Positions 63,828 to 64,000 of a stretch of DNA of 64,000 bases are shown here, piece by piece. Numbering within the stretch: position 1 is the first letter of the stretch; every line of letters starts with the position of its first letter. Under the pieces are notes generated by a model. That model saw nothing but the letters and a program-made list of their open reading frames with translations. It made no database searches and was not told the origin of the DNA. The stretch comes from Flavobacteriales bacterium (lineage in GTDB: Bacteria > Bacteroidota > Bacteroidia > Flavobacteriales_D > Sanyastnellaceae), in the NCBI GenBank assembly GCA_041391745.1, contig JAWKNK010000002.1:203576-267575 (forward strand), written 5' to 3'. The translations under genes and the position numbers were made by a program.

Positions 63828-64000
63828 TCTGTTTTCACTATATAGCAAGGAGTCATTGCGAAAGGAAACTTCTTAATTTCTACATTCTTATCCTTGAAAT
63901 ATTCATCAACTGCCTTAGTTTCACCAGGAAACGTACCGTAGTCATCAAGTATAAGAACACCTCCCTTCACAATTCGGGGCCAAAGATGTTCGAGTATGGC
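63828..64000 (-). CDS. C-terminal fragment of a class I SAM-dependent (TylF/MycF-like) methyltransferase. The gene continues beyond the window end.
   Basis: ...AILEHLWPRIVKGGVLILDDYGTFPGETKAVDEYFKDKNVEIKKFPFAMTPCYIVKTDH*. Confidence 0.55.

Overview
This 64-kb window looks like a Bacteroidota (Flavobacteriia/Cytophagia-like) chromosomal segment with low GC, dense coding on both strands, gliding/T9SS genes and the usual Bacteroidota AT-rich promoters.

**Gene content.** Most genes are housekeeping: recO, holB, a PSP1 gene, gldH, ridA, lepA, lipB, rlmH, pdxA, an M17 leucyl aminopeptidase, miaE, RNase R, glutamate dehydrogenase, a SIS-type phosphoglucose/phosphomannose isomerase, a flotillin/NfeD pair, MscS and a bactofilin/AtpZ cluster. 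Several secreted proteins carry type-A T9SS C-terminal sorting domains: an esterase, a BNR-repeat protein, an Ig-like protein, an M43 metalloprotease and a tricorn-like S41 protease neighbour. There is also a MoxR-like AAA ATPase plus vWA pair next to an orphan sensor kinase, and a compact sucrose locus with LacI, a GH100 neutral-invertase homolog, a P-loop kinase and a plant-SUT/SLC45-like sucrose:H+ symporter. An HTTM-domain membrane protein sits beside a Thr/Gly-repeat glycine-zipper lipoprotein. Two tRNAs are clear: Met/Ile2 with anticodon CAU on the + strand and Arg(CCU) on the - strand.

**Unexplained structure.**
- A tRNA-Asp(GUC)-like element at 21182-21325 has all four tRNA arms but carries a ~70-nt insertion and its own strong intrinsic terminator.
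- A family of mosaic intergenic repeats occurs at ~10958-11335, ~25446-25890 and ~43484-43530. The copies share GGATTCRA 8-mer tandems and a conserved two-hairpin core with compensatory base changes between copies.
- Apparent single-nucleotide frameshifts, all in homopolymer runs, break five genes: the choice-of-anchor-I gene at the window start, the ridA C-terminus, the GH100 invertase, an EEP-family nuclease with a T9SS sorting domain, and a MORN/YwqK-repeat gene broken at least five times. This points either to indel-prone sequencing or assembly, or to real pseudogenisation.
- Candidate operator palindromes or repeats lie upstream of the invertase (LacI-type), upstream of padR, and in the divergent tricorn-protease/methyltransferase promoter region.

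I saw no integrase, transposase, CRISPR array, reverse transcriptase or restriction-modification genes. I could not identify a clear canonical defence or mobile system, so the most novel candidates here are the RNA and repeat elements and the plant-like sucrose locus.
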